Source: a virus (lineage: Duplodnaviria > Caudoviricetes). Taken from it: 42,863 bases of DNA. Location of the stretch: positions 1 through 42,863 of the IMG/VR virus record IMGVR_UViG_3300016722_000143; one strand, given 5' to 3'. Below the pieces are notes generated by a model, which was given only the letters and a program-made list of their open reading frames with translations, was not told the origin of the DNA and did not search any database. Below, piece by piece: positions 15,171 to 24,620 of this stretch (its first letter is position 1; every line of letters starts with the position of its first letter). The position numbers were made by a program, and so were the translations under genes.

Positions 15171-16400
15171 TTAGGCCGAGAGCTTGCCGTAGGCGAAGGC
15201 GCCCGGGACCGGGATGGTGGTGCACATGACGGACGCGTTGAAGCTGTAAACGTGGCTGTTGGTGTTCTTGTCCTGTTCGACAGTGAGGCCTTTGTTCTGG
15301 TTGGCTTTGTAGTTCTCCGCGACGTTGCCGAAGACGTAGTCGCCGGTGTGGAGGGTGTCGTCGACCGCCACGGGGAACGAGAGGATGTCGTTGAGCCCGC
15401 TGCCGCTGTTGTAGATCGGGATGAGGTAGTTGCCATCCCCGTTCTTCTGCAGGCGGAGCTTGTTGTAGACCGTTCGGCTGAGGTAAAGGGTCGATCCGGC
15501 GGTGTAGAGGGTGTCGAGCCCGGTGATCGAGCCAAGGACCTTGTCGAGGACGGTGGCGTCGGTGTAGGTGGCGGCGGTGACGCCGAAGGTCAGGCCGGCG
15601 ATGTGCGCCGGTTCGTCGCCAGCGGCATCAGTCCCGTCTCCGTAGATGATCTGCTCGGACCAGTCGTAGGTGAGGTCGACGACGATTTGGCTCAAAAGAT
15701 AGGCGCCGAGATCGAATGCGGAGAGCACGATGCTTTCCTCGGTGACGTCGATGTTGATCTGGAGCCAGCCGGTCTTGCCGGTGAGCTTCTTGAACTCGAA
15801 GCTCTGGGTGCCGGTCTCCTTCCCCTCGCCTTTGAATTTGCCTTTGGAGCGCGAGGCGCGGTACGGGAAGATGGTCAAACCCTTGATGTTCGTGAACATG
15901 ACGGCGTTCAGGATCGGGGTGAGCTTCTGCTTCTCGCGAAGGAGATCGAGGATGACGTTGGTGTCGATGAAGATGCCGGCGTTGTTGACCCCGTTCACGG
16001 TGGCCGTGGGCTCAACGTAGTCGACGGCGGTCGTGGTGAGCGCGGTGTTGAGAGCGCGTTTCTGATCTTCGGTGGGCGCCATTCTCTTGGCGGCGAGGCC
16101 AAGAGCCAAAGCCGCGGCGCTGCGTTTGCTCAAAACGAGTTGCTCGGCTCCGGTATTGGGTTTGTCGATGCGAAGCTCGTTGCTTCTGAAAGATTCCATG
16201 GCGGCGCTCCGGAGGGCGGTGTCGAGGTCTTTTTCAAGCCCGACGATCTCGGATCCCAGCGTTCCGGCTTCGACGACTGCGGTCTGGAGTTTGTCCAGAT
16301 CCTTCTCGCGTTTGTCCTCGGGTCCGTTGATCAGGACCGCGAGTTCGGCTTTGCGCGCTTTTTTTGAAGCGAGCGCCGCCTTGATTTGTTCGATTGTCAT
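15171..16400 (-). CDS. HK97-fold major capsid protein with N-terminal delta domain
   Basis: Coiled-coil N-terminus, 'IIYGDGT', 'LRLQKNGDGNYL', 'ILSFPVAVDD', 'YVFGN'. Confidence 0.9.
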   Translation of the reverse strand: MTIEQIKAALASKKARKAELAVLINGPEDKREKDLDKLQTAVVEAGTLGSEIVGLEKDLDTALRSAAMESFRSNELRIDKPNTGAEQLVLSKRSAAALALGLAAKRMAPTEDQKRALNTALTTTAVDYVEPTATVNGVNNAGIFIDTNVILDLLREKQKLTPILNAVMFTNIKGLTIFPYRASRSKGKFKGEGKETGTQSFEFKKLTGKTGWLQINIDVTEESIVLSAFDLGAYLLSQIVVDLTYDWSEQIIYGDGTDAAGDEPAHIAGLTFGVTAATYTDATVLDKVLGSITGLDTLYTAGSTLYLSRTVYNKLRLQKNGDGNYLIPIYNSGSGLNDILSFPVAVDDTLHTGDYVFGNVAENYKANQNKGLTVEQDKNTNSHVYSFNASVMCTTIPVPGAFAYGKLSA

Positions 16401-16418
16401 TTGTGTAATCCTCCTAGA

Positions 16419-17138
16419 TTACTTTTTGCCGCCATTCGTTTCGGTTATCCCTAGATAGCCGCGGCCGATGGCTCTTAGCCGCTGACACTCCGCTTCTCTT
16501 TTCTGGCCCTCCAGCCTGGAATCGGACGTCTCCACATCCTTCTTCCTGAGCGCGTAAATGTCGGTATTCTCATACGCCGGGAGCGGCACTGCCGCGACGT
16601 CGTAGAGCTTGCTGATTTTCCGAACGGTGTAGGTGATTTCCCCGTCCACCGATCGGTCTTCCTCGTCGGAAACGGATTTGAAGGCGAAGGACATTTTGTC
16701 GATGTCCCCCCTTTTGATCAGCGCGAAGAGGTCTCGCCCTGCCGTGATCGGGGCGAGGCTGCACCTCACCCAAAGCCCGTCGGGTCTGTTGTCGAGGATG
16801 AGGGTGCCGTTCTTGACGCGGCCCATCACCATGACGTCCTCTGAATGGTTGTACCGGAAGAAGCACTCGCTGGTGTCGGTATGCTCGGTTTTCGCCTGGT
16901 CCAGCTCGACGGCGGTCGGGGTGATCTTCTCGTAGATCTTCCTTCCCGCGAACTCGCAGAGGAGCGTGCGGTCGTTGTAGGTGATCGCCTTCCCTTCGAT
17001 GATCATTTCCTCCGGATTGTCCTTCGAGGCCTCCGCGGCGCGGATCTCGAACATTCGGTGATAGCTCGTCGGGCGGATGATCTTCTCCAGCTCCTCCCGG
17101 GTCAGTTCTTTAGGCATCTTGTTTGCCTCCTTCCCCAC
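16419..17138 (-). CDS. HK97-family prohead protease
   Basis: 'IEGKAITYN', 'FRYNHS', 'IKRGDIDKMSFAF', 'LYDVAAVPLPAYENT'; start may be 17117. Confidence 0.92.
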   Translation of the reverse strand: MGKEANKMPKELTREELEKIIRPTSYHRMFEIRAAEASKDNPEEMIIEGKAITYNDRTLLCEFAGRKIYEKITPTAVELDQAKTEHTDTSECFFRYNHSEDVMVMGRVKNGTLILDNRPDGLWVRCSLAPITAGRDLFALIKRGDIDKMSFAFKSVSDEEDRSVDGEITYTVRKISKLYDVAAVPLPAYENTDIYALRKKDVETSDSRLEGQKREAECQRLRAIGRGYLGITETNGGKK

Positions 17139-18351
17139 CGTTGTCCGGCGGATCCTTCTTCTCGGGCGTCTTGTCGCCCTGGTACGCGTCTTGGTTTTTG
17201 GCCCCGACCCAGTTCAGGTTGGCCTGGGGCTTGTCCCCGTCCTCGATCGGCTCCTCGCCGATGTCCTGGCGGATATCGTTCGTGACGACGATCGGCATCT
17301 GCAACTTCAACTGGGCTTTTTTCAGCCTGGAGTCCATGCCGAGGACTTCCAAGCGCTCGGTGACCACGCGGATCTCGTTCCCTTTGTAGTATTCGTCGGG
17401 CGTGAGGCATTTCGCGTTTAGCTCCGATTCGAGTTGGGCGCAGATCGGGCTGATGCTCCTTGCGAAGAAGGAGTTCCATTGGGCTTCTGTGAAATCGCCT
17501 TTTGCGATCGCGTTCGTGATCCCCAGATAGGCGTTGATCTTATCCTCAACGTTTTGGATCTCAGGGGCGAGCGGCCATTTGCCCTGGTTGGCCACCTCGG
17601 TCACTTTGTCTCCGGCCGAGATGTAGGCCGCGGCGTTCGCGCCGCTGAGGATCTTGTTCATGTCGGCTTCGTTTTGGGCGCGGTCCTTGTCGTTGTAGAC
17701 TGTCGCTCCCTGGATGATGAATCGAAGCACCATGCTTTGCTGGACGGCCCTCTCGAGGCCGCTGTAGCTCGTGTCGACGACGGACAGGATCTTCGCCAAC
17801 GCCCGGCTTCTCCCGGCGATGATGTCGCTGGGGTTGGATTCGCGCTGGAGGATGATGACGTCGTCGCCCGGGCAGAAATAGACCTGGCCGTTGACGGAGA
17901 AGCGGAGCCACAGGCGACCGTCGCTCCCGCGGCCTATCCGGAAATCGTTGCTGTCGGTGTCGATCAGCCAGAAGGCCGTCGGGGTCCAATAGTCCTTCTC
18001 GGAACGCTGGATCCAGATAAGGGCGTAGTTTTTGTAGAACAGGGTGGCGTCGCACCGCTGCCAGAACAAAGGGGCGGTGTCAAGGGCGTTGGGCTTGATT
18101 TGCAGAAGGTAATTGAGCCCGCTCCTCGTGGTGTCCCTGACTTTTTTGACGTAAAGGGTGGGCCTTATCTGCGAGAAGAACGCGGCGTGGGCGTTGACCC
18201 CGCTCACGAAGGTGGCGTTGGCCTCGGCTTTCTCGTCCGGATCGAACGCCCTGTCGAACAGACTGACCAATTGGGAGTAGGTCAATCGGCCGTTGTCTTC
18301 TTGTTTTTTCGGGTGGAACCATTTGGTCCACAGTTCCTTCAGTGATGCCAT
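17110..18351 (-). CDS. HK97-family portal protein
   Basis: 'LNYLLQIKPN', 'INAYLGI', 'ISPICAQLESELNAK', 'TNDIRQDIGEEPIEDGDK'; between TerL and protease. Confidence 0.92.
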   Translation of the reverse strand: MASLKELWTKWFHPKKQEDNGRLTYSQLVSLFDRAFDPDEKAEANATFVSGVNAHAAFFSQIRPTLYVKKVRDTTRSGLNYLLQIKPNALDTAPLFWQRCDATLFYKNYALIWIQRSEKDYWTPTAFWLIDTDSNDFRIGRGSDGRLWLRFSVNGQVYFCPGDDVIILQRESNPSDIIAGRSRALAKILSVVDTSYSGLERAVQQSMVLRFIIQGATVYNDKDRAQNEADMNKILSGANAAAYISAGDKVTEVANQGKWPLAPEIQNVEDKINAYLGITNAIAKGDFTEAQWNSFFARSISPICAQLESELNAKCLTPDEYYKGNEIRVVTERLEVLGMDSRLKKAQLKLQMPIVVTNDIRQDIGEEPIEDGDKPQANLNWVGAKNQDAYQGDKTPEKKDPPDNGGEGGKQDA

Positions 18352-18364
18352 TTCCTATTCCTTT

Positions 18365-20047
18365 CTAATTCGTTTGCGGCAGATAGTTGCTGGGCGTCTC
18401 GCAATATCCGAACAGGCAGTCGTTGATCGTCGCCGGTCCGTCGATCTTGTTTTGGATCTTCAGGCCCATCTTCTGGACCATGACGTTGCCGATCTTGTCT
18501 TGGGTCAGCTCGCAGTTCGAGTACATCCATCTTGTCACCGGGTTGCCCTGGTAAACGAGCTTCTTCTGCTTGAGCCACTGCTCGCACAGCTGAGTCGGGA
18601 TTGACAGGGTGCTGAACCATTGCCGGACGGGATTGAGGGTCCCGCTGGCCTTCGTGTATCCGCGCCTTTCCATCTCGGCGACCAGAATCGGGCTCGACCA
18701 AGGATCGTAGTTGACTTTGACGTAGGTGACGCCGTACTTTTCTCGGATTTCGTCCATGTACGCGATCAGATCCATAGGGTTGATCGCGTTCGGGTCCTTC
18801 GATATCCGGATCAGGCCGCGCTCGATCCAACTCTCCCAGGGGGCCCCGCTGGCTTTGGCGGCGGAGCTTTTCAGAAAATCTTGGGTGGCCCAGTACATCG
18901 TGATGGCCACCGCTTTCATGGCTTCGGGGTCGAAGATCATCGTCGTGAAGGCCGTGAGATCGTTCGTCCTGGAGAGGTCGAATCCACCGATGACGTGCCA
19001 ATGCTTCTCTGTGAGCTTTTTGATCTGCTCGTCCGAATAAACCTCGTCGTTGATGATGTCCTTAGGATCCAGCCAAGCCTCGTTTCGGACGCCTAGGACA
19101 TTGAAATCCTTGGTGAGCACAGTGTTCCGGAAGGTTGGGTCCCCTTTCGCCTGGTTGACGAATTTGCGGAGGGCCTCGTATTTCTTGATGACGCCGATGC
19201 TCGGGTTGGCCTTCACCCACATTTTTTCGCTGTCGATCTCGGCGACGTCGTCCATCTCGTAGATGATCGGGAGGAAGGTCGGGTCGTCGAAGGTCCCGTC
19301 GAGGACCTTGCAGGCGTAGTTGTATTTTTCGTCGTAGAGCCCCTCTCGGACGAATCCGGAGGTCGTGATCATCGAGACGATCGGCTGGCGTCTGGTAGAG
19401 GTCCCCTGCACCAGGACGTCGTAGACCGTGTGCGGTAGCTCATGGACCTCGTCGATGATGGCTGCGCTGACGTTGAGGCCATCCTGGGTGTTCGTGGACT
19501 TGGATAGGGCCTGGAAGGTGCTGTCGCGGAACTGGATGACCGGCGCAGGGTAGACCTTGCTCGTGAAGTAATGCGCGAGTTCCGGGCTTTTCCGGATCAT
19601 CGATCGGGCCTCCTCCCACACCAGGCGGGCCTGGCTGAATTTGGTCGCTGCGACGTAGACGCAGGCGCCGGGTTCGGTCATCTCCAGATAGAGCCCGAGG
19701 TTCGCGTTCTCGGTCGACTTGCCGTTCTTCCGGCCCTCGACGTTGAACATTTCGGTGAATCTTCGGAGTTTGGTGATCCGGGATTTGATCCCGAACAAAG
19801 CCTCGTACTTGGCCTTCTGGAAGAGCATTAGCTTCATCGGCTCGCCACTCCATTCGCCTTTGCTCTGAACGCAGAACGTTTCGCAAAATTCTATGAACCC
19901 GTCCCCTGCGGCTTCGTCCAGGTACCACTCTTTAGATTCGCTGCGTGCGATCGGCGCCAGGATCTCGCAGTAAAGTCTTTTAATCTTCCTACAGGCAGGG
20001 ATCTCCCCGCTCCCGATGGCCTTCGCGTAATCGAGGATGTTGCTCAT
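18365..20047 (-). CDS. terL: Terminase large subunit
   Basis: Walker A 'GRKNGKST', Walker B 'AIIDEVH', 'WVKANPS', nuclease 'GFDLSRTNDLTA', 'KIDGP'. Confidence 0.96.
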   Translation of the reverse strand: MSNILDYAKAIGSGEIPACRKIKRLYCEILAPIARSESKEWYLDEAAGDGFIEFCETFCVQSKGEWSGEPMKLMLFQKAKYEALFGIKSRITKLRRFTEMFNVEGRKNGKSTENANLGLYLEMTEPGACVYVAATKFSQARLVWEEARSMIRKSPELAHYFTSKVYPAPVIQFRDSTFQALSKSTNTQDGLNVSAAIIDEVHELPHTVYDVLVQGTSTRRQPIVSMITTSGFVREGLYDEKYNYACKVLDGTFDDPTFLPIIYEMDDVAEIDSEKMWVKANPSIGVIKKYEALRKFVNQAKGDPTFRNTVLTKDFNVLGVRNEAWLDPKDIINDEVYSDEQIKKLTEKHWHVIGGFDLSRTNDLTAFTTMIFDPEAMKAVAITMYWATQDFLKSSAAKASGAPWESWIERGLIRISKDPNAINPMDLIAYMDEIREKYGVTYVKVNYDPWSSPILVAEMERRGYTKASGTLNPVRQWFSTLSIPTQLCEQWLKQKKLVYQGNPVTRWMYSNCELTQDKIGNVMVQKMGLKIQNKIDGPATINDCLFGYCETPSNYLPQTN

Positions 20048-20592
20048 GCCTTGCCTCCGACATCTTCGGGTTTGTCGCCTTGGATCTTATTGAGGAAGGT
20101 GTCGAGCTTCGATCCTTTCTTCGGCTCGGCCGGGTTCATGCCCATCCGGGCTCGGCTCACCGGCGTCAGCAGGAGCTGCTCGGCAAGCGAGGACATGACA
20201 GCGCTTTGACGGTTCATTTTGGAGATCGTGCTATCGATGAGCCTCTGGGTGGGCTCGCTCGTCGTGGCGATCGTTCCCTTTAAATCGTTATTCCAAAAGT
20301 CCTCAGCGGCTTTGTAGACGTCCCAGGCCTCGCAGTATTGGCGGAGCGCGTCTTTGTCGAGATCGTTTAGGATCGGAGCGGGCATCCTCCTGTAGAGCCC
20401 CATCATCTCGCGCCATTTGGCTTTTGCGGCGACGGACATGTCCTTCGGGCAGGTTAGGGCGCTTCGGGTGTCGAGGTTTGCGGCGATCCCCCGACGGCGT
20501 TCCTTATCCGCTTTCGATACGTGTTTTTTCAAGAGGTCCGCGGAGAGCGGCTTTCGCCCGCTTCCCTTCCTCTGCCCTCCTCTGTTGCTCAT
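20044..20592 (-). CDS. terS: Terminase small subunit (P27-like)
   Basis: 'RGGQRKGSGRKP', 'AKAKWRE', 'LDKDALRQYCEAW', 'QLLLTPVSRARM'. Confidence 0.9.
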   Translation of the reverse strand: MSNRGGQRKGSGRKPLSADLLKKHVSKADKERRRGIAANLDTRSALTCPKDMSVAAKAKWREMMGLYRRMPAPILNDLDKDALRQYCEAWDVYKAAEDFWNNDLKGTIATTSEPTQRLIDSTISKMNRQSAVMSSLAEQLLLTPVSRARMGMNPAEPKKGSKLDTFLNKIQGDKPEDVGGKA

Positions 20593-20611
20593 GCATTGGC
20601 TTCCCTTTCTC

Positions 20612-21892
20612 TCATAACTTCTGGGCTTTCCGCCCAGTGAATTTCTCCCATCGGTCGATTATGACGTCGACGAATTTGGGATCCAGCTCGACCGAATAGC
20701 ATCGTCTTCCAAGTTCTTCGCAGGCGATCAGGGTCGAGCCGCTTCCGGCGAACGGATCGAGAACCATCTCCCCTTTTCTGGAAGAGTTCGCGATGAGCCT
20801 TCCGATGAGGCGAATGGGTTTCATCGTCGGGTGCTCCGCATCCTTCAGCGGCTTGTCCTCGTCTATAACCGTCAAGGGGACCTTCTGGTCCCTCATGAGG
20901 TCTTTGACCAGTTTCCTCAGTTCGGACGCCTTCATCTCCGAGACGTCCTTGGCTTTGTCCTCGAGGACGGTCGAATAGCCGCGGTCGTTGACGAAGTAAT
21001 GCGGCGCGCCTTCCTTCCAGCCATAGAGGCATGGCTCGTGCTTCCATTGATAATCCTGACGGCCCATCGTGAATTGATTCTTGTTCCAGATGAGCGTTTG
21101 CCTGACGCGTATGCCAGCCTCGGCCATGGCCAACGGCGCGATGTGGCTCGGGTTCCAGACATAGGCGGACCCCCCCTGTTTTAGATTTGCGGCCAACAGC
21201 CTCATGGACGCGGACATGAACCCGCTCCATTTCTCTGGGTCCATGGAGTCATTCATGATCTTTCCGGCCTCCCCTTCGTAGTCGACGTTGTAAGGCGGAT
21301 CGGTCATGACGAGGTCGGCCAACTCCCCTGCCATGAGGCGGGCGTAGGTGTTGGCGTCGGTGGCGTCTCCGCAGATCACCCGGCTACCTCCCAGTTGGAA
21401 GACGTCGCCGAGTTTGCTTTTTGGCTTGCCAGGAAGGATCGCCTCGAAGTCGTCCTCCTTGAGATTGTCGGTTGAACTGTCGAGGCGGAAGCCGAATTCG
21501 CCGAGATCGAGACCGGTGATAGCCCGAAGCTCGATCTGCAGTTTGTCCTCGTCCCAGGTGGCCTGCTCGCCGGTTTTGTTGTCGGCGAGGCGCCAAGCAT
21601 TTATCTGATTTGTGGTGAGGCCTCTCAGAATAATGACCGGAACGGATGTCAAGCCGAGCCTCAGCGCGGCCTTCAATCGGGTATGCCCCGTCGCCACCAC
21701 GAGGTTTTCGTCCACGGTGATGGGAACGTTGAAGCCGAACGATCTGATGGAGGCGGCGACGGAATCCACTGCTTTGTCGTTTTTGCGTGGGTTGTTCCCA
21801 TAGGGAATGAGATCCTGCGGTTTCATCCACACGATCTCTACCTTCCTCGCTTTTCCTCCGACGATGTCGGCGTTTGCGGTCATTGTTCTCAA
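20612..21892 (-). CDS. ParB-domain / N6A-N4C DNA methyltransferase fusion (beta class)
   Basis: N-terminal 'LIPYGNNPRKND...GFNVPITVD...GHTRLKAA...RLADNK'; catalytic 'TDPPY' precedes SAM motif 'LDPFAGSGST'; 'HPTMKP'. Confidence 0.93.
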   Translation of the reverse strand: MRTMTANADIVGGKARKVEIVWMKPQDLIPYGNNPRKNDKAVDSVAASIRSFGFNVPITVDENLVVATGHTRLKAALRLGLTSVPVIILRGLTTNQINAWRLADNKTGEQATWDEDKLQIELRAITGLDLGEFGFRLDSSTDNLKEDDFEAILPGKPKSKLGDVFQLGGSRVICGDATDANTYARLMAGELADLVMTDPPYNVDYEGEAGKIMNDSMDPEKWSGFMSASMRLLAANLKQGGSAYVWNPSHIAPLAMAEAGIRVRQTLIWNKNQFTMGRQDYQWKHEPCLYGWKEGAPHYFVNDRGYSTVLEDKAKDVSEMKASELRKLVKDLMRDQKVPLTVIDEDKPLKDAEHPTMKPIRLIGRLIANSSRKGEMVLDPFAGSGSTLIACEELGRRCYSVELDPKFVDVIIDRWEKFTGRKAQKL

Positions 21893-21919
21893 AGTCCTCC
21901 TAAATGTTTGAAAAAGGGC

Positions 21920-21990
21920 GAATATCTTTTTTGGCTCCCCGCCCGGTGAAGCGTTCGCTCACCTGAGGGGCCCTCCCCCGGGGGGCGCCT
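21920..21990. other. Candidate cos/packaging-site region
   Basis: G/C-run-rich segment (GAGGGGCCCTCCCCCGGGGGGCGCC) at the HNH 3' end, the usual cos location in HNH/P27-terS/HK97-type phages; positional inference only. Confidence 0.3.
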
Positions 21991-22288
21991 TGGCCTCGAT
22001 CGAGACGACGTTGCCCTCTTTGTCGAAGCTGCATCGGTTGCCGCTTGGCTGGCTTCGCATCGCGTCGTGGCAGGCTTTGCACAGCAGCATGAGGTTGCCC
22101 ATGCCGATCCGGATCGCCGGATCGCCCAGGTTGTCTTCGCTGAGAGGCGTGACGTGGTGTATCTCCGTCCCTTTGCGCCCGCAATTCTCGCACAAACCGT
22201 GAGACAGTTTGATTTTCAGGGCGCGGGCCGCCTTCCATTCCTGGCTGTGGTAGAACGCGTCCACCTTCGGCCCGTGTTTGGATGGCAT
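21959..22288 (-). CDS. HNH endonuclease (packaging-associated, HK97 gp74-like)
   Basis: 'FYHSQEWK...LCENCG...EIHHVTPL...NLMLLCKACHD'. Confidence 0.92.
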   Translation of the reverse strand: MPSKHGPKVDAFYHSQEWKAARALKIKLSHGLCENCGRKGTEIHHVTPLSEDNLGDPAIRIGMGNLMLLCKACHDAMRSQPSGNRCSFDKEGNVVSIEAKAPPGGGPLR

Positions 22289-22395
22289 TCGCCGTTCCTT
22301 CTTTCTTTCTTGACGCGAGAGAGGCTTCCACCGGGGAAGAAGTGAAGCCTAGAACCATCGATGAACTGCCTCTCCGCAGTTTCTTTTATACGCGC

Positions 22396-22422
22396 AAAAA
22401 AGCAGGCTTTTGGTGGCCTGCT
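22396..22422 (-). terminator. Intrinsic terminator ending the early/middle operon
   Basis: Minus strand AGCAGGC-CACCAAAA-GCCTGCT followed by TTTTT, just after the activator stop. Confidence 0.7.
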
Positions 22423-22442
22423 AGTATACTTTTGGTAGACGG

Positions 22443-22715
22443 TTACTTCAATTTATCTCGATAGGACCTGATTATTTTGCAGACGCCCTGCCTTGAGTAG
22501 TGGAATTTGGCGGCGCACTGGGACAGGGACAGCCCCTTGACGAAGTGGAAGTAGACGACCTTCCACCGCCTATCGCTGGACCCCATCAGCTTGCCGATGG
22601 TTTCCTCGTCCGCGGATTTCTCCCTTCTCAGGGCCTCGAGCTCCCGCTCCTTCTGCGAGATCCTGGAGTCCACCGTGACGTAGTTCCTCAGGAGGTCGAA
22701 CCGGTTATCCCCCAT
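22443..22715 (-). CDS. RinA/ArpU-like late transcriptional activator (sigma-4-like HTH)
   Basis: 'VVYFHFVKGLSLSQCAAKFHYSRQGVCKII'; last gene before the packaging operon. Confidence 0.75.
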   Translation of the reverse strand: MGDNRFDLLRNYVTVDSRISQKERELEALRREKSADEETIGKLMGSSDRRWKVVYFHFVKGLSLSQCAAKFHYSRQGVCKIIRSYRDKLK

Positions 22716-24102
22716 GGCCGGCCGCCTCCTTTATCCGCATCTTGACGGCCCTGATAAGGTCGTTCTGGGTGGCGGCCTTCCCCTCGAGGGCTTTGTAGAC
22801 CCTCTCGTCCTCGGTCCCCTCGGCCACGATCCGGTAGACGACGACCGCCTGCTTCTGCCCCTGGCGCCAGAGCCTGGCGTTCGCCTGCTGCCACAGCTCG
22901 AGGTTCCAGATCGGGGTCAGCCAGACGGCCAGGTGCCCGCCGTCCTGCAGGTTCAGCCCGTAGGCGTTGCTCGCAGGGTTGACCAGGAGGACGTCGATCC
23001 TTCCCCCGTTCCACTCCTTTTTGGTTTCGGGCCCGTCGAGGATCCTGACTTTCCTCCCCTTGAAGGCCCCGAGGAGCCTCGCCTCGTCGAATCGGTAGTT
23101 GTAGAAGACGACGATCGGCTTCCCGTCGTTCTCGTCGGCGATCCGCTCGGCCATCCTGATCTTGTCGTCGTGGATCCACACCGGCCTCCCGGATTCGTCG
23201 TAGACCATGCCGTCGGCTATCTGAAGCAGCTTGTTCTCCACCACGCCCGCCGTCGCCGCCGTGATCGTCGTCCCGGATATCGTGGCCAGGTAGTCCTCCT
23301 CCATCTGAGAGCACTTCCTGGCGACTTCCTTGGACAGCTTTATGCTTCGTTCCTCGTCGATCCTCTCCGGCATCTTTATGGTCTTGGCCACTTCCTCGTC
23401 GGTCACCTTCAGGGAGATGGCCAAAGGCTCGATGGCTTTGTAGATCCTCTCCTCCGAACCCCTGTTGGCGATGTATTCGAAGACGACCCAGCCCTTGTGC
23501 GCCCCCGGATGGAAATACCGGGATCGGTATTCGCCGATGGACTGCCCGAGCGCCTTGCCGCCGTCCAGAAGGTAGATCTGCGCCCAAAGGTCCATGAGGC
23601 CGTTCGGCGCCGGCGTGCCGGTCAGTAGGATCACCCTCGGGGTCGCCATCGCCATGCTTTTGGCCGCCTTCCACCGCTTGCTCGCCCGGTTCTTGAAGCT
23701 GGAGCTCTCGTCGATGACGAGCGCCCCGAACGGCCAGTCCAGCCCGTTGGACCTGAAATGGTCGAACAGCCAAGCCAGGTTCTCGCGGTTGATCACGTAG
23801 ATGTCCGCGTCCGCGCCGAGCCCCCTTATCCGCTGCTCCTGGGTCCCGAGGACCCGGCTGATCCGCATCCCCCTGAATTGGTCCCATTGCTCGATCTGCT
23901 CCGGCCAAGTGCTCTCCGCGACGCTCAGAGGCGCCACGACGAGGGCCTTGTCGAACTCCATCGTGCCGTTCATCAGCCACCGCAGAGCGGAGAGCGTGCA
24001 CGCCGTCTTCCCCGTGCCCATGTCCAAAAGAAGGGCTATCCGCTTCTGGCTGACGATCCTGTTGATGACCTCTTTCTGGTATGGGTGCGGTTCGAATCTC
24101 AT
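22705..24102 (-). CDS. SNF2-like SF2 helicase
   Basis: Start MRFEPHPYQ; 'DMGTGKT', 'VIDESS', 'LTGTP', 'GLNLQ', 'QANARLWRQGQ'. Confidence 0.93.
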   Translation of the reverse strand: MRFEPHPYQKEVINRIVSQKRIALLLDMGTGKTACTLSALRWLMNGTMEFDKALVVAPLSVAESTWPEQIEQWDQFRGMRISRVLGTQEQRIRGLGADADIYVINRENLAWLFDHFRSNGLDWPFGALVIDESSSFKNRASKRWKAAKSMAMATPRVILLTGTPAPNGLMDLWAQIYLLDGGKALGQSIGEYRSRYFHPGAHKGWVVFEYIANRGSEERIYKAIEPLAISLKVTDEEVAKTIKMPERIDEERSIKLSKEVARKCSQMEEDYLATISGTTITAATAGVVENKLLQIADGMVYDESGRPVWIHDDKIRMAERIADENDGKPIVVFYNYRFDEARLLGAFKGRKVRILDGPETKKEWNGGRIDVLLVNPASNAYGLNLQDGGHLAVWLTPIWNLELWQQANARLWRQGQKQAVVVYRIVAEGTEDERVYKALEGKAATQNDLIRAVKMRIKEAAGHGG

Positions 24103-24392
24103 TTCCTGAGCTCCTTGATCAGCTTTTCGACGTCCTCCCGGCTCTTGGCTATTCTCACTTCGTGGCCGAGGGCCGCCAGCTTCGCGAAGACGTGCCTCTG
24201 CATCGGGGACAGCCTCCCTCCGACCGGCCTCTTCAGCTCGACGAACGCCAGGGAGCCGTTGGCGACGACGAGCCTGTCCGGCCAACCCATCGCCCCCTCG
24301 ATCTTCAGGCATTCCCACCCCTCGGCCTTGCAGGCCCCGACGAGCCCCCGCTCGACCGTCCTCTCGGAGATGCCCGACCCCTTCCGGCTCAT
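24099..24392 (-). CDS. VRR-NUC domain nuclease
   Basis: 'ERTVE...GWPDRLV...FVELKRPVGGRLSPMQ'; precedes SNF2 helicase. Confidence 0.9.
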   Translation of the reverse strand: MSRKGSGISERTVERGLVGACKAEGWECLKIEGAMGWPDRLVVANGSLAFVELKRPVGGRLSPMQRHVFAKLAALGHEVRIAKSREDVEKLIKELRK

Positions 24393-24620
24393 CCGGCGTC
24401 CTCTCGCGTGCACGCGCACACATTCCGGTTATTGCCCGCACGGCCCTTTTGCGCCTTGTTCGCCTTGTATGTCCTCGCGCGTGTGTGGTCGTATGTTACA
24501 TTCATTCTGAATTCTCCCTGAAAGTTAGATGTCATGGTGGTATAACGCGCGTAACAGAGCCCGTAACCTGATGTAACAGAGCCTGTAACCTGTTACGCCG
24601 CCCCGCCCGTATTGTTACGC
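24393..24620 (-). repeat. GTAAC-iteron element, copy A (candidate replication origin)
   Basis: 22-bp tandem GTAACAGAGCCCGTAACCTGAT / GTAACAGAGCCTGTAACCTGTT (24551-24594); GTAAC at 24551, 24563, 24573, 24585 and GTTAC at 24495, 24592, 24614; largely non-coding. Confidence 0.6.

Noticed and set aside
24551-24594. Tandem repeat as a mini-CRISPR array
   Set aside because: Two adjacent 22-bp units without unique spacers; iteron-like instead.
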